NCBI RefSeq assembly: GCF_009914755.1
Contig: NC_060931.1
Strand: one strand, 5' to 3'
DNA length: 64,000 bases
Source of the DNA: the human T2T-CHM13v2.0 reference genome, Homo sapiens
Of this stretch, positions 1 to 13,624 are shown in pieces. The notes under the pieces are model-generated. The model did no database searches. It had not been told where the DNA came from and worked only from the letters and a program-made list of their open reading frames with translations. The stretch's first letter is position 1. Each line of letters begins with the position of its first letter. A program made the position numbers and the translations under genes.

Positions 1-981
1 GGCCTTCCTGGCTTAACAGTCTGATCAATTTCTATCACACCACCCTCCACTTGTTGAAAAGATCAGCTTCATGATTCCAATTGGGGTTGTGTGATGGAGG
101 GAGTGCCATCCTGCACATGGATCACTTAATCGATTCACCTGATAAAATGTACGCTAACATGCTAAACTTGGTGGTGCCCAGCTAGTTAGAAATTTCATTC
201 TATCTAGAACAGCAATGGATAGAAGGGTACAATTAAGAGAAATACTCCAGTCCAAATAAGAGAAATACTCTTTGTTTTTAGTTATGCTTTAGCATGTAGG
301 GAAAATATTCCTTATCTAGACTTGTTTTATGAAATCAAGACCACATTTGAGACTTTCTTGGTAGTCAAAGTGTTAGCAACCATCAATCAGAAATGAAAAA
401 AATGAATTCTACACCCAAGTTTGGGAGAACAAATTCAGTGTTTAGTATTTCTGGTCCCAAGAGAGTTTGGCTGAGAAAAAGTTAGATCTATTGAACAATC
501 TCAATTTATGTGTCCTAGGTTTTAATTCAAATGAGAATATGTCAGATCAGGACAGGAGAAGAATGACTCAGAATTATGTAGGAGATCGGTAAAATGGCCT
601 TTGATTTTTCTGACGCCTCTTGTGGGAACAGCTCTGATTTTAATATGCCGGGTGGAATGATATTAAACATTACCAGACCAACTTTATACTAGCTACACTG
701 TACCATGCCTGGGGAGAGAACAGAGAACTCATTAAATAAATGAAGATGCAAGTTCACATCCAGACATTATCTATCATTACTTTTAGACCTAACAGATTCA
801 TTATCTTCAGTACTGCTTGGAGTATTATTTTTCTAGATAGTTTGCTACACTATCAGGAAAATCTGGTAGAGGAAAACTGATACAACTTAATGAAATAGCC
901 AGCAAAGGGGATATCTGTAGTTTGCCAAGTGTCTATAAATTTATGTTGTCTTTTCTTTTTTCTCCAAATGAAACATTGCCT

Positions 982-1085
982 GTCAATCAATTAAAGGTAT
1001 TTACTGAGCTCTTATTCTATGGCCACATTACTGTAGGTGAAAAATGCAGATTCAAAGAAAATGGTAGGACCGGTACCTGAATTCA
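982..1085 (-). mobile_element. L2 LINE 3'-end fragment
   Basis: tcaatcaatt...tatttactgagctcttattctatggccac resembles the reverse complement of the L2 3' terminus; highly diverged. Confidence 0.5.
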
Positions 1086-1149
1086 GAATTTATTTTAATT
1101 TTTAAGTTTTATAAAAGAAATATATCGTAAAGCTCAAGTATGTTCTAAG

Positions 1150-1627
1150 GCCAAGATTTTCAAATACTTATTAAAATTATTGAGGAATCCAAATAACTTT
1201 TTCTTATGTACTTAATATCTGTCAGTGTTTACCATGTTAGAAATTAAAATTGAGACGTTCAAAAATATTTATTCATCGGTTTCAAACAGCAAAAACAAAT
1301 CTATTATATATTAACATAAATAGTAGGTTTTGTGAAAAATGTTTCTACAACAAAAAAAATGAGAAAATTGGCCTTGTTCTACATTTTTGCAAAGCTCATT
1401 AATGTCTGGTTTAGAAAAGACAGCTGGAGTCTTATATCTGCTTCAGCACTTAATCTCTTGCAATATCATGTCATGTAGCCTCTGGAATATTTTACTGTAC
1501 TCTCATGAGAAAATCAGTATAAAATGGAAAATAATATCTTAGTATTAGTATGAAATAGTTTTGACCTAATAGATCCCAAAAAGGGTTTCAGGGACCTCCT
1601 GCATAGATCACATTTTAAAAAACCCTG
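1150..1627. mobile_element. Charlie1-family (Charlie1a/1b-like) hAT DNA transposon relic
   Basis: Characteristic blocks aaaattattgaggaatccaaa, ttaatgtctggtttagaaaagacagctgga, catgtcatgtagcctctggaa, and a terminus resembling gaccacactttgagaaccgctg. Confidence 0.75.
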
Positions 1628-3369
1628 TTTTAGGATAATATGATGAGTAGAAGTGATAACTCAGTATTACCCTTTCAATATAAAATTGAAAAATGCAGGC
1701 ATTCGGATGAGATAGTATTTATTGAGATCTGCTTTTTAAAAGCTGATGTTAAAATATTGATCCAGAGTTAGCAAAATGAATACAAGTTGAAGGAGATTTA
1801 AGTAAATTTCACATTGCTGTATACAAGAAGATTCATGTAAACACATGTATGCTTTTTTGTCTATTTTGTTAAATTTTAAACTCTATCAGCAAAAGACAAT
1901 TATTTGCATTCTAATTTTTATGTTTTCCTGCACAATACTGTTTCAACTTTAGAAGGTAGCTACTAGCCATTCTTATTATATGGTTTATTTATTTACTCTA
2001 CTTTTGTGTAGACATCTGTTTTTAAAGTTAGCTATCTGAAAAAGTCATCTTTTCAGTTAGGTAACACTAGCAATCAGAACCACCCACAATTTGGAGTGAA
2101 ACACCACTTTAGAGGAGAATGAATCCAGTGGACAGAATGGCTTATATTACTGCAAGAATAGCTGACTAAATGTCAACTGAATAGTCCAAGTTATCCAAAA
2201 GAAGAAAATATTAACAAAAAAATATTTTTGGCTCACCATATAAAAGGCCCATTATGCTTTACTACTACTACCAATAAGTAAAGATTAAATTTGTTTATGC
2301 TATACCAGAGATCTGACACTATAAAGTAATTTTAATCATGATTAATTTTATGGCTTTTTGAAGAATCAAAAATCCTTATACAGGGGCATAATAGGTCACT
2401 TCATATTTTTCCACCTGAAATCTAGGAATAAACTGACAGATTCCATATCTTCTACTCCCCAGTTTTCCTCATTTGTTGCTTACAATATTCAGAATTTAAA
2501 ATGATAAATGAAAAAATATGCTTTGATGGAATTGAGAGAAACAAGGACTGTTGTTATTTAAGGAATGCAAAGGCTCAAAAGTGAATATTCTTCTTTTTCT
2601 CTATATTTTACTTCTTCCTTTACCAACCTGATAAAACCCTCACATTTTGGGAAGAATGTATTTAGTTCTAAAAACAGGCTTTGCAACGGCTAAAGGACTG
2701 CTTATTTTGTGGATGGTCCTTCTGTACAAAGAACTGTGTGTTACTACTAGTAACACAATAGTCCAGCAGGTAATAGAAAACTCATCAATAGAAGGAAAGA
2801 AAATGGCAGTAGAACTGGAAGATAATCTGCATTTTATGTCAAGTGCAAAGGCAGCCCTGTTCAGCTATGGTGTTTAGACCCCTGAATTGCATCTGGTGGT
2901 ACGTCTATGGCTTCATATACACATAGGTTGGACCTCCTTTTTTATCTTGTATTTGAAATATTTATATTAACAAAGAAAAGAAATGTGAAAAATAACTAGC
3001 TTAAAGCTGTCTAGAAAGATGTCTCCTTTCTTCCTTTCCTTTAAATTGCATTTCCTGGAACACCTGAGAAATCCAGTAACTATGTATCCACACCATAGAG
3101 CCAGGAATGAGCGTTACAGAGAATGATGATGTCTTGAGTTTATTATAGCCCAACTCCAAGAAATCTAAACTTCATCCATTCTTTAGATTATAGATGACAT
3201 TTCAAACTCACAGCCATAGAACAGAGAGTGTGTTCACAACTGCACGGAATTGCTTGTTATGATGATGGAATTCTTTACATCTTAAAAGACGATAAAAGTT
3301 GCCTAATTCGTGTATGATACAATAAACTTATTTGCTGACATAGCAAGTCTTACATAATAACCATGCTAA

Positions 3370-4183
3370 TGATAGGGGAGTGCTGGGAAGGAAAGAGCAT
3401 GGTCCCTTTAAATTATATGGAAGGGGGAAGGGAAGTGCTGGGTAAGAGAAAGGCGGGTCCCTGGCTAGGGCTCCACCCCCACGGGCCTAGGTGAAGACAG
3501 CCACTCCTGCTTTCCTGCCCAAATGTTGCATTTTCTAGGACTACCCTGGCCCACCATGCCCCCATCTTGATAAAAACCCGAGACCCTAGTGGGCAGACAC
3601 ACAGAAGCAGCTAGATGTGGAGAGGAACACATCCGGGGAAGAAGACACAAGTGGCTGGTCATTGAGAGCACGCCAGCAGACGAGCACGCTGATGGGCACC
3701 TGCAGGCCATCGACCAGCGGAAGGACATGGAGTTTGGCTGGAGCAGTCAGAGAAAAGTCCAGCCACTTGGTCCAGGGGAAAACCATCTCCCATCTGGCTC
3801 CCACATGTGCTGAGAGGTACTTCTACTCAATAAAACCTTGCACTCATTCTCCAAGCCCACATGTGATCTGATTCTTCCAGTACACCAAAGCAAGAAATCC
3901 TAGGATACAGAAATCCCCCTGTCCTTGTGATACGGAAGGGGGTCTAACTGAGCTGGTTGACACAAGCCGCCTATAGATGGCCAACTAAGAGAGTACCCTG
4001 TAACACACACCCACCGATGCTTCAGCTGTAAACACTCACCCCAAGACACTGACGTGGGGTCGGAGCCTCACAGCCTGCCGTCTGTATGCTCCCCTAGAGG
4101 TTTGAGAAGTGGGCAATGAAGAAGCAAGCCAGTCACCCTGTTGCACGCCCTCCAAGGGGGACAAGGGAACCTTTCCTGTTTCA
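3370..4183 (+). mobile_element. Solo LTR1-family ERV1 long terminal repeat, complete (814 bp)
   Basis: TG...CA termini with a perfect 4-bp TSD CTAA (3366-3369 and 4184-4187); LTR1-type start gtgctgggaaggaaagagcatggtccctttaaa; AATAAA at 3829-3834; GC-rich against an AT-rich background. Confidence 0.9.
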
Positions 4184-6899
4184 CTAACATTCTTCACAAA
4201 CAGATTTTGAAAAACATCCATTCAGCTAAAATGCATATATCCTTATGCTAAGAAGGTGGCAAGATATTTTGAAATAAAAATTTAAAAAACAATGATTATA
4301 TTTTAATCATTGTGTTACTTTAAAGCACCGATTAACAAAGCTTTGCCAGGTTGAATCACTCATCTTTGACTGAATTTCCATTTTCAAGCTGTTTCTCACT
4401 GAACTTTGTAACTTCACATGACTCACAGACTTCAAAAGCCGCCTTCATAATTGCTTTTCTCTCCAATACATTATATATGTACATTACATATAAAATGTCA
4501 AGAAACAGATATTAAAGGACAAGATTTGAAGATCTGAAGTGAAGAAAATGAATCAGTTAGTGATATTGCACAGATTATCTAGTTTGATTTACATAGATTT
4601 TTTTCAATGTGATTTTTGTGATTGCTTTCAATGAGATCCATACCTGCCAGTCCTGGGTGACCTTTCTCTCTTTTTCTTTGTGTGGGAGCCTCAGCTTCTC
4701 TAGCACACAAAGGTTGTGTGAGGCCCACAGAGTGTGGAATGCTTTGGATAATGGGAGAGCAGTCTAATCAATTCGCTACTGATAGGATGAAAGGGAGACT
4801 AGAGAGGCTGCTTTTGAAGTTGTCTCCTTTGTGGATCTGAGTCATCCACAGCTGTAGGATTCCAGTCTGTTTGTTTTAAGTCTTAAAGGAGGAGCAGGAA
4901 CACCAAGTTTTACATACCATGTTTATGTTCTTCTGCCAGTTTGAGTCCTATAGAGCAAAGACAAATCTCGGCGTGGCATTTTTAGCTCTAAGCCAAATGT
5001 TCAGACGCCCACATGCCTTAACTTAGTAGGCAGGAGAAGGAACACACCTTATATGTGAAATTGCACAAGATAACATTTATCATCCAAAATAAAACTGGTG
5101 TTGCCTTCCTGTTCCAGCTTACCCACCATTGGGAAAATAATGAATTTTCTGGAGATAAATAAGCTCCTTTGCTTGCTTGCTTTCTATTTCCCTCTGTCTC
5201 TTTCTTCCTCTTCTTTTTTTTTCTTCCTACCCAAGGTGAAAAAATGTGGCTCTAAATTTTCACAAGTAATGTTTAGGGCAATGACTACCTTTGTTTTCTG
5301 TTTTCCTCTTTGTGTAAATTGGCCAGACTATAAAACCACAAAGGTCTTAAGGAAATAGAATCTGAACTCTTGAGTTTAGGATTTAGCCCTGCCTCCTTAC
5401 TGTGTGAGAAGCTTACCCTGCAGCAGTTTCCACAGGGTTTCATTTCTTCTACCTTCCTAAAGTGAATTGTCTTCCTTTAAGGAGAGATATTTACAAATAT
5501 ATTTTGCCCCCTTTTTAGGGATTTAAAAATTATTTCTTGATTTGAGTTTCTGTGTAATAAAAAGATACCTTCTAATATTAAAAAAAATTATTTACAAATA
5601 GCCAAATAGTATGTTTAAATTTATTTTTAAAAAATATTTATGTAGAATATTTTAAAGAAATATTTTAAAGAAGTATTCAATATTAAATATTCACGCAGAA
5701 TATTAATATTTTTGGCAAATTAATTTAAAGATTACTTGCTTTGTTATGTTTGAATTAAGGATTGACTGTATGTTAAAATTTACACTGAGTTGAAATATGT
5801 GTTAGGGTATGAAAAAATGATTCAGTGAGCTAGTATTTGTAATTCTTGCATTTTGCACTTAAATTCATTTTTAAAATAATTTCTTGATTTTTATTTGTAA
5901 ATGAAAAGATAAAAAATGCTAAGGCTACTTTCCAGTTCTTGCAAATCCAAATAACACATTCTGGGCAAGGATAGAATAGTTTTTCAATAAATGAAAGACT
6001 AAAATGAATACAGTACTTTTGTACTCTCCTATGTTTTTGAAATACAAGAAATAACTAAGAAATAAGCTAAATAAGAAAATTGGTGAGATGAATGCAAATT
6101 ATGAATCTGATAAATCAGGAGACACACTTGCAAAATTATTATTTGTATCTGCCCCATTAATTTGCACTTCAATATCAATGTTTCTTACGTCCGCAAGCAA
6201 TGGTCTACCTTGGGTGGAAAGTTCACAATATATGACTTGGATTAAAACAATTCAAAACTGTTTTGTTCAAAATCACCATGGAAGGCCATCTATTTCAGCT
6301 CAGCCACTGAGGGCCTGAGTCAGGAACAAACACATGTGGCCTCTTCTAAGATCTTACACATATTCACTCCAGAGCCACTCAGGTGCTCAGTGCAGCTATT
6401 TCAAATGGGAACGGACATAAATGAATAATTGTAGTTGATTTAAAATACATATATATCAACAGATCTAATTTCTTCTGGTACAGTTTTAGTCTTGAAGTTC
6501 TGGATTATCTTTCTAAACTTCCTGTGAAGTCTTACTCAGGCAGTGCTAAGGTAGGAATTATGATACTTATGATACATTTGTCACCTAAAGTTTTGTCTTG
6601 CTTTTTAAAAGCTGTGGTTTGGATGAAAACAACAGGATTTTCTTGCTCCCTAGATGTAGGTATGTATCATAGATATTTTGTTTTTTGGATTAAGTAGCTG
6701 CTTTCACTGTGAAAATTTAAAAAAAAATCTCTCAAACCACAAACAACCCCCACCACAAAAAAAACACAATTTTCTTATTTTCTAGACACAGAGATAGTTT
6801 TAATTTTGATGTATATCTACTTATTCATTAATTATTAAATAATATTTTACAAAAAATTGGGTTATTAATATCAATATGGTTGGCAAGGTGGTTGATTTC

Positions 6900-7190
6900 A
6901 CGTGTTTCCATACCACATGATTAAAGTGATTATTAGTCTACACGATGTTTCCGTTTGCATTTTTTCAGTTGTACTATTTTCATGATATAGCTATACCATA
7001 TTTTTATAAGCCTTTTAAGTTGGATATTTAGGTTGATTTTTCTTGTTTTTCTTTTTTTATAAATAAACCTGTAATAAATATCCTTATGGATATAGATCTA
7101 CATATTCTTCTCATTATTTGTGTTTTTTTTTTTGAAAATGGGATTATTTGATCAAAAGTAATTCACATTTAAAATTTTTTTCACATGAAA
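6900..7190 (-). mobile_element. Old L1 (L1ME-like) fragment, apparently resuming at ~8125-8290
   Basis: ggatatttaggttg, aataaatatcctt, ggattatttgatcaaaag...cacatttaaaattt; later ttcccatcagctatatatgagagtttctgtttc. Confidence 0.55.
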
Positions 7191-7199
7191 TTTGGTTGA

Positions 7200-7645
7200 G
7201 GGATTTGGGTTCAGAAATGACATGATTGAACTTAGCATTCTGACTAATCTTAGGACTAATCTTAAATCTAATCCCAAAACTAGCATTATTTGGGATAAGA
7301 GCAGAAGCAGAGAGTCCAGTTAGGAGACCATTGCAATACCATGGAAAGAAATGATGCAAGTAGGACACAAGTAATAGCGCTGAAAATAATGAAATTTGGT
7401 CAAATCCTGAAGCTAAAGCTGATAGGATTTACTGAAAGATTGTAAGAGGGAGTGAGAGGAAGAAATAGTGAAAGATGACTCCAAGGGATTTTTTTGTATT
7501 TGAGTAGAATGTGCAGTTACCATTAACTAGATGAGAAAGACAATGAGGAGCATGTTTGAGGAAAGATGTCAGAACTTTGGTGTTGGACATGATAAATAGA
7601 GAAAAGTCGGGCATAGAGAAATACTTTTGCGAGCCATTAACATTC
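7200..7645 (-). mobile_element. L2 internal fragment, interrupted by MLT1 and resuming at ~8087-8128
   Basis: gcagagagtccagttaggagaccattgca, aaagatgactccaagg, ttggacatgataa are L2 antisense hallmarks. Confidence 0.75.
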
Positions 7646-8086
7646 CATTAGCTATTGCTGTGTAAGAAACAACCATAGAATCTCAGTGGAATGTGACGAT
7701 ACGATTTTATTTCTCGCGTGTCTGCTAGTTGACTTATGATTGGCTCTTCTAGACTGGCCTTAGCTAGGCAGCTGTGCTTAAGCTAAGGGTTGCACTGGAC
7801 GTCGCTACTCTCTACGATCTGGGTTTTAGTCCTCTCCACCTGTATCCCTGCTGGGACTCAGCTTTCTTCTTACGGTCATAGACATAAGAGGGTGGGTACC
7901 ATTGCCCAAACACATTTCATATCTAATATTGTCTCATTGCCTAAACCAAGTCACAAGGCCAATCCCGAAGTCAGGAAATAGGGAGTTCCGTTCCCCTTCT
8001 TCTGGGAGAAAATTCAAAGTTACCTAGTAAAGCCTGTGGATACAGACAGAAGTGAAGCAATGAGAACACTAATTAATTCTGCCATG
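7646..8086 (-). mobile_element. MLT1 (MLT1I/J-like) MaLR LTR
   Basis: ttagctattgctgtgtaagaaacaacc...aatctcagtgg at one end; aagtcacaaggccaatccc and gtgaagcaatgagaacactaattaattctgcca at the other. Confidence 0.7.
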
Positions 8087-8477
8087 GGTATGTGTATCAT
8101 ACTTAAAACCATGAGCCTAGATGAAATCCAGAATGATTCACCTATTGCTTTCCCATCAGCTATATATGAGAGTTTCTGTTTCTTTTGCTCTGTGTTATTA
8201 TTTTAAAACCGATTTGACAATGTGAGGGACAAAAAATAACACTTAACTACAATAATTGTATTTCTAAACCAAGGTAAAGGCATAGAAATCCTTGGAGTCA
8301 CTGTGTGATTTGATTTTCCAGCAGGATTTTCTTTCAATGGTTTATTATGCCTTGGTCTAGTGACCAAAAAAAGAAACGTTTCCCAATAGATTTTATTCCC
8401 TTTTATATTTTTAACCATCTTTTTTATATTTAATAATTACCAGATATAAGAATAATTTCAAATAAGTGTGGGAAATA

Positions 8478-8745
8478 AGTGAGAGAAAGAAAATAATCAA
8501 AGATGACTCCAAAGCATTTTTTTGTGTTTGAATATGCAATGGCCATTAACTAGATGAGAAAGACAGGGAGGAGCAGGTTTGAAGAAAGATGTCAGAACTT
8601 CAGTGTTGGACATGATAAGTTTGAAATTTTAGAAATGTGGAATAGGCAGCTGGAGTTAGAGAAAAATCAGACACAGAGAAATACTTTTGTGAGCCCTTAA
8701 CATTTTCCATCAACTATGTCTGTTTAAGAAACAACCATAGAATCT
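8478..8745. repeat. Diverged direct copy of 7451-7683 (L2/MLT1 junction)
   Basis: Shared exact words aaagatgactccaa, ccattaactagatgagaaagaca, gaaagatgtcagaactt, gtgttggacatgataa, agagaaatacttttg, taagaaacaaccatagaatct. Confidence 0.9.
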
Positions 8746-10476
8746 TATAACTCTAATCCAACTGATAGAGTTTACTCTCCTTTAGTCACTGCTTATTTAT
8801 CAGAAGAGATTGTGTTTTGGTGAGGACCAAAGAAAACAATGGTGTATATTACAACTCTAAGAAAACCAACTGAATCTCAGCTCACACATGCAGTGTTGAC
8901 AATATGATAAACCGTAAAGCCGCCCCAGAAAAACTTACCATGCTCCTTTGCAGATGGCGGGGCCTTCTCATTTTGAAGGCATTGTTGTGAGAATGTGACC
9001 TATGTGCCTCTCTGTGGTTAAAGGCTCACACATGCCTGTCCATTCACAGCAAAGAGCATTATGCACTGTTTACAATGCACACAATCTGTTCAAGGATTTT
9101 GAAATTCATTATGTGTGGGCTGCATATATTTTCATTGAGTTGAAAACACCCTTAAGGTTTCTGAGGTATTGTAAAAATACATACTTTTAGTGACTGAAAT
9201 GTTTATCTTAAGAAAGGAATTACAATATTAGGATCACAAAGCATTTACATGCAAATCGTACATGGGTTTAGCATTGATCTTAGAAACAAGCACATGGACG
9301 AGGAGCTATGGGTAAAGCTTCAAATAGGAAAGAATATTTTATTTTCAGCAGTTGCACTGGATGACTATGCTTTCCTCTTGCATGTGATAAAGAGAACAGT
9401 ACTGTATAGTTTTAGTGTAAAAATAGAAAATCCATTAAGGAATAAAGGCACTGTTCATTCCATTGCTCAAGAAAATATTTTCCTATTCATTCACAGTAGC
9501 TTTGTTCTATCGGAACAAGACTTTTTACATTATTTTGAATTTGATCCTAATAAATATGTGTACTGAGCTCTAAGAAACTAAACCACAATGATTGTATGTT
9601 TGAATTTAGTAAGTAATAGATTTATGATTTTCTTTCTTCATGTGCCCTGCTTTGACATCAAGCAGACTTGATCAATACACACATGCAGTATATGATTAGT
9701 TCGTTGTCTTTTTAGATTCAGAGGCAAAGCTTTCCTTTTTCCTAGTAAATGCCAAATATGCTTAGTGCTAAAAGTGTGTTTGTAAAGATAATTATATGGA
9801 TGCTGGGCCATTATTTGGCTTGGAGAGTTCAGGAGGGGGAAGTCAAACACAGCTGGATTCAAAGGGGTCTTGATACCTCTTGGGAGACAGTTCCTCCAAC
9901 TGAGTCAGAGTGAAAAGACTTCATATGCATGCAAAGCAAAAAGTTAAGTGTTATAATTAATTTAAGCTTTGTTAACATAAAATAAAATAATTAAATCCAA
10001 ATAAAAGCTATTTGAAGGGCATGAACTTTCTAACATGATTGTGTTTTGATGTTGTCTCATTAACTACATATGTCAATTCCACAGTTTTTATTATATAGTT
10101 ATCTAAAATGTTTATACAATCTGAAATGTGAAAGACATGTAAGGCAAATGATAGTCAACTGCAGTCTGGTGGTAGGTTAAGTAGATGGTGAGGATGAATT
10201 TTATAAATGCATTTTTCTAGTGCCTGCTTCTTGTTGTTAGGGCTAATATTTGAGGCAGCCATATAACAGTAATAAATGCATTGTTTTAAATTATATCCTA
10301 ATTCCCAAGGATACTCAAAGATCAGTATTTCCATAAGCATTTTAAATATTTCCAAATGGCTTTTTCTAAAGTTCTGTGACAATTTGATCCAAAGTCTTCA
10401 AATACACAATTTGTATTAGAGATATGCAGGGTAAATAGGTAAGAAATCTTCATGTAATGACCTAAGTATAGTATAG

Positions 10477-10802
<326 letters not shown>

Positions 10803-10989
10803 TAGACACAAGTTTTTAAAATGACCTAAAGTGTGTATGTGTATGCATATAAGGTAAGGGGAGGAAGAAAGAGTGGGAGCTGGAGAAAGAGAGAGAGAAT
10901 GACTATTGATACATATATGCCAGCTGTTATATTAAACAGCAGAAATATGCCAGCCAAAGAAATTAAACAAATAAACAGACCCTACCCTT

Positions 10990-10994
<5 letters not shown>

Positions 10995-11028
<34 letters not shown>
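10995..11028. repeat. (CA)n microsatellite
   Basis: About 17 units with one CG interruption. Confidence 0.95.
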
Positions 11029-12170
11029 TCCATAAATCTCTTTTTACCAAGATACTGTAAAATTAACAGATGTTTAGTTTTGATTTGTGTGAAGATTTTA
11101 TTAAATTGATTTGTGTCTATTTGTAGCTAAAACATTCCTTTTTACATTAACCATAATGTAAAAATGTATGATTGCATGAATTTGGCTTGATGTATCTTAA
11201 AATTTTAAAGCTGTCCCATTAGCAATATTTATATTGTCTATCTGAAAGGAGAGAATGGCATTTTGATATGGTCACTTGAGGCAGCTAATTCATTTTTACC
11301 AAGCTTCATTGACTCAGATTCTCACTTGGCTTGAATAAATTTTAGGATTAAGCTTTACTGTTAAAACTGCATCATGCCAGTGAATGGTATCTCAAAAAGG
11401 ATTTCATTATCTAGTGTTAAATGAACTTTTTTTTCTCTATTTGTTTCTGTGAGGGGATGGGGTAAAAAGTTCTCACAGCTGCCAGACAAAGAATGACTCT
11501 ATTTAAAGAGTGGTTGGAAGCACAAATGTTGATTATCTGAATGAAAGAATTTAATTAAGTTTCCTAAAGAACAGGATACTACTGACATCAATGATTGGCA
11601 AAATGAAGCAGGGAAATACAGTATTTAACATTACAATATTTTTCACTTAATGATGCCAGTATTAGATCTTGGCTGGTATCCTGGAATATGCACAATGGCT
11701 TGGCAACAAATTAATTATTTTGCAATTGCAGATGTGGAGCTTTGGGGTGTGAAAGTTTCTTTGCCAAGATGGTTTTGGGAAGAGAACCAAAGCAATCATT
11801 TTATTTCCTCATCTATGTGCATATCCTTGTTTATGAATATTGTTGAAATTCTTAACGTCAGATGGTCACAGGACCACAAGCTATATTTGATGAACCTCTG
11901 AAAGTGATTCTTTAACACAACAGACTGAAGCCAAAAAAGTGTAACTAGCCTGCATCCTAGTCCATAAAAATAACTTAAAATTTGTACAAAGTATCTTCCC
12001 ATTGTTCATATCTCTATAAAGTGGATCGTTTCTATTAGTTCTTGATAATTATTATTTTAATGATATTTAAGGTCATATTAACTTTCACTGCACCTGAAAA
12101 TTGTTATGATGGCTGGTGTTAATGAGAGTTGTAGATCATACCATTCTTATATACCCGTAAAACCCCCCAC

Positions 12171-13157
12171 AACCCTAGAAGAAAACCTAGGCATTACCAG
12201 TCAGTACATAGGCATGGGCAAGGACTTCATGTCTAAAACACCAAAAGCAATGGCAACAAAAGCCAAAATTGACAAATGGGATCTAGTTAAACTAAAGAGC
12301 TTCTGCACACCAAAAGAAACTACCATCAGAGTGAACAGGCAACCTATAAAATGGGAGAAAATTTTCACAACCTACTCGTCTGACAAAGGGCTAATATCCA
12401 GAATCTACAATGAACTCAAAACAAATTTACAAGAAAAAAAACAAGCAACCCCATCAAAAAGTGGGCAAAGGACATGAACAGACACTGCTCAAAAGAAGAC
12501 ATTTATGCAGCCAAAAAACACATGAAAAAATGCTCATCATCACTGGCCATCGGAGAAATGCAAATCGAAACCACAATGAGATACCATCTCACACCAGTTA
12601 GAATGGCAATCATTAAAAAGTCAGGAAACAACAGGTGCTGGAGAGGATGTGGAGAAATAGGAACACTTTTACACTGTTGGTGGGACCGTAAACTAGTTCA
12701 TCCATTGTGGAAGTCAGTGTGGCGATTCCTCCGGGATCTAGAACTAGAAATACCATTTGACCCAGCCATCCCATTACTGGGTATATACCCAAAGGACTAT
12801 AAATCATGCTGCTATAAAGACACATGCACACGTATGTTTATTGCGGCACTATTCACAATAGCAAAGACTTGGAACCAACCCAAATGTCCAACAACAATAG
12901 ACTGGATTAAGAAAATGTGGCACATATACACCATGGAATACTATGCAGCCATAAAAAATGATGAGTTCATGTCCTTTGTAGGGACATGGATGAAATTGGA
13001 AATCATCATTCTCAGTAAACTATCGCAAGGACAAAAAACCAAACACCGCATATTCTCACTCATAGGTGGGAATTGGACAATGAGAACACGTGGACACAGG
13101 AAGGGGAACATCACACTCTGGGGCCTGTTGTGGGGTTGGGGGAGGGGGGAGGGATAG
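12171..13157 (+). pseudogene. Frameshifted C-terminal remnant of L1 ORF2p including the cysteine-rich domain
   Basis: ORFs 12106-12477 (TLEENLG...[15 protein letters not shown]) and 12474-13157 ([16 protein letters not shown]...FSLIGGN); extra A's near 12420 and 12440 shift the frame; the canonical TGA is TGG at 13074-13076. Confidence 0.9.
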
Positions 13158-13311
13158 CATTGGGAGATATACCTAATGCTAGATGACGAGTTAGTGGGTG
13201 CAGCGCACCAGCATGGCACATGTATGCATATGTAACTAACCTGCACATTGTGCACATGTACCCTAAAACTTAAAGTATAATAATAATAAAATTAAAAAAA
13301 AGAAAAAAAAA
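12171..13311 (+). mobile_element. 5'-truncated L1PA2/L1PA3 (ORF2 3' end, 3'UTR, poly-A)
   Basis: Close to the young L1 consensus; 3'UTR gctagatgacgagttagtgggtgcagcgcacc has GAG, not the L1HS ACA/ACG; A-tail; imperfect TSD aaaaccc(ccc)acaa. Confidence 0.95.
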
Positions 13312-13624
13312 CCCACAAATGGGTAAGGAACCTCAACATTATAGTCATCAATACAGGAAATATTGATACCAGTATTGGGTCTTGGGTATAAAATGATACC
13401 TAACATAGTATTATTATAATAATATATACCCTGATAATCAGTCTAGCACTTATATATGGCTCTGTTAGAGAAAAATATGAAGTTGACCATAGTATTGAGG
13501 GTCAAATTTCTTTTTTTATGATAGACCCTGAATACATCAATTGTAGTTAAGAACTGTACATTCATCTTTTTCTGTGTGATTTCTGTGTAAATGGAATTAA
13601 GTCACTGAGCAACAGATTCAAGGT

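Noticed and set aside
3465-4221. Five ORFs in the GC-rich block (four overlapping)
   Set aside because: All lie within (or almost entirely within) the solo LTR1 and show no gag/pol/env similarity.
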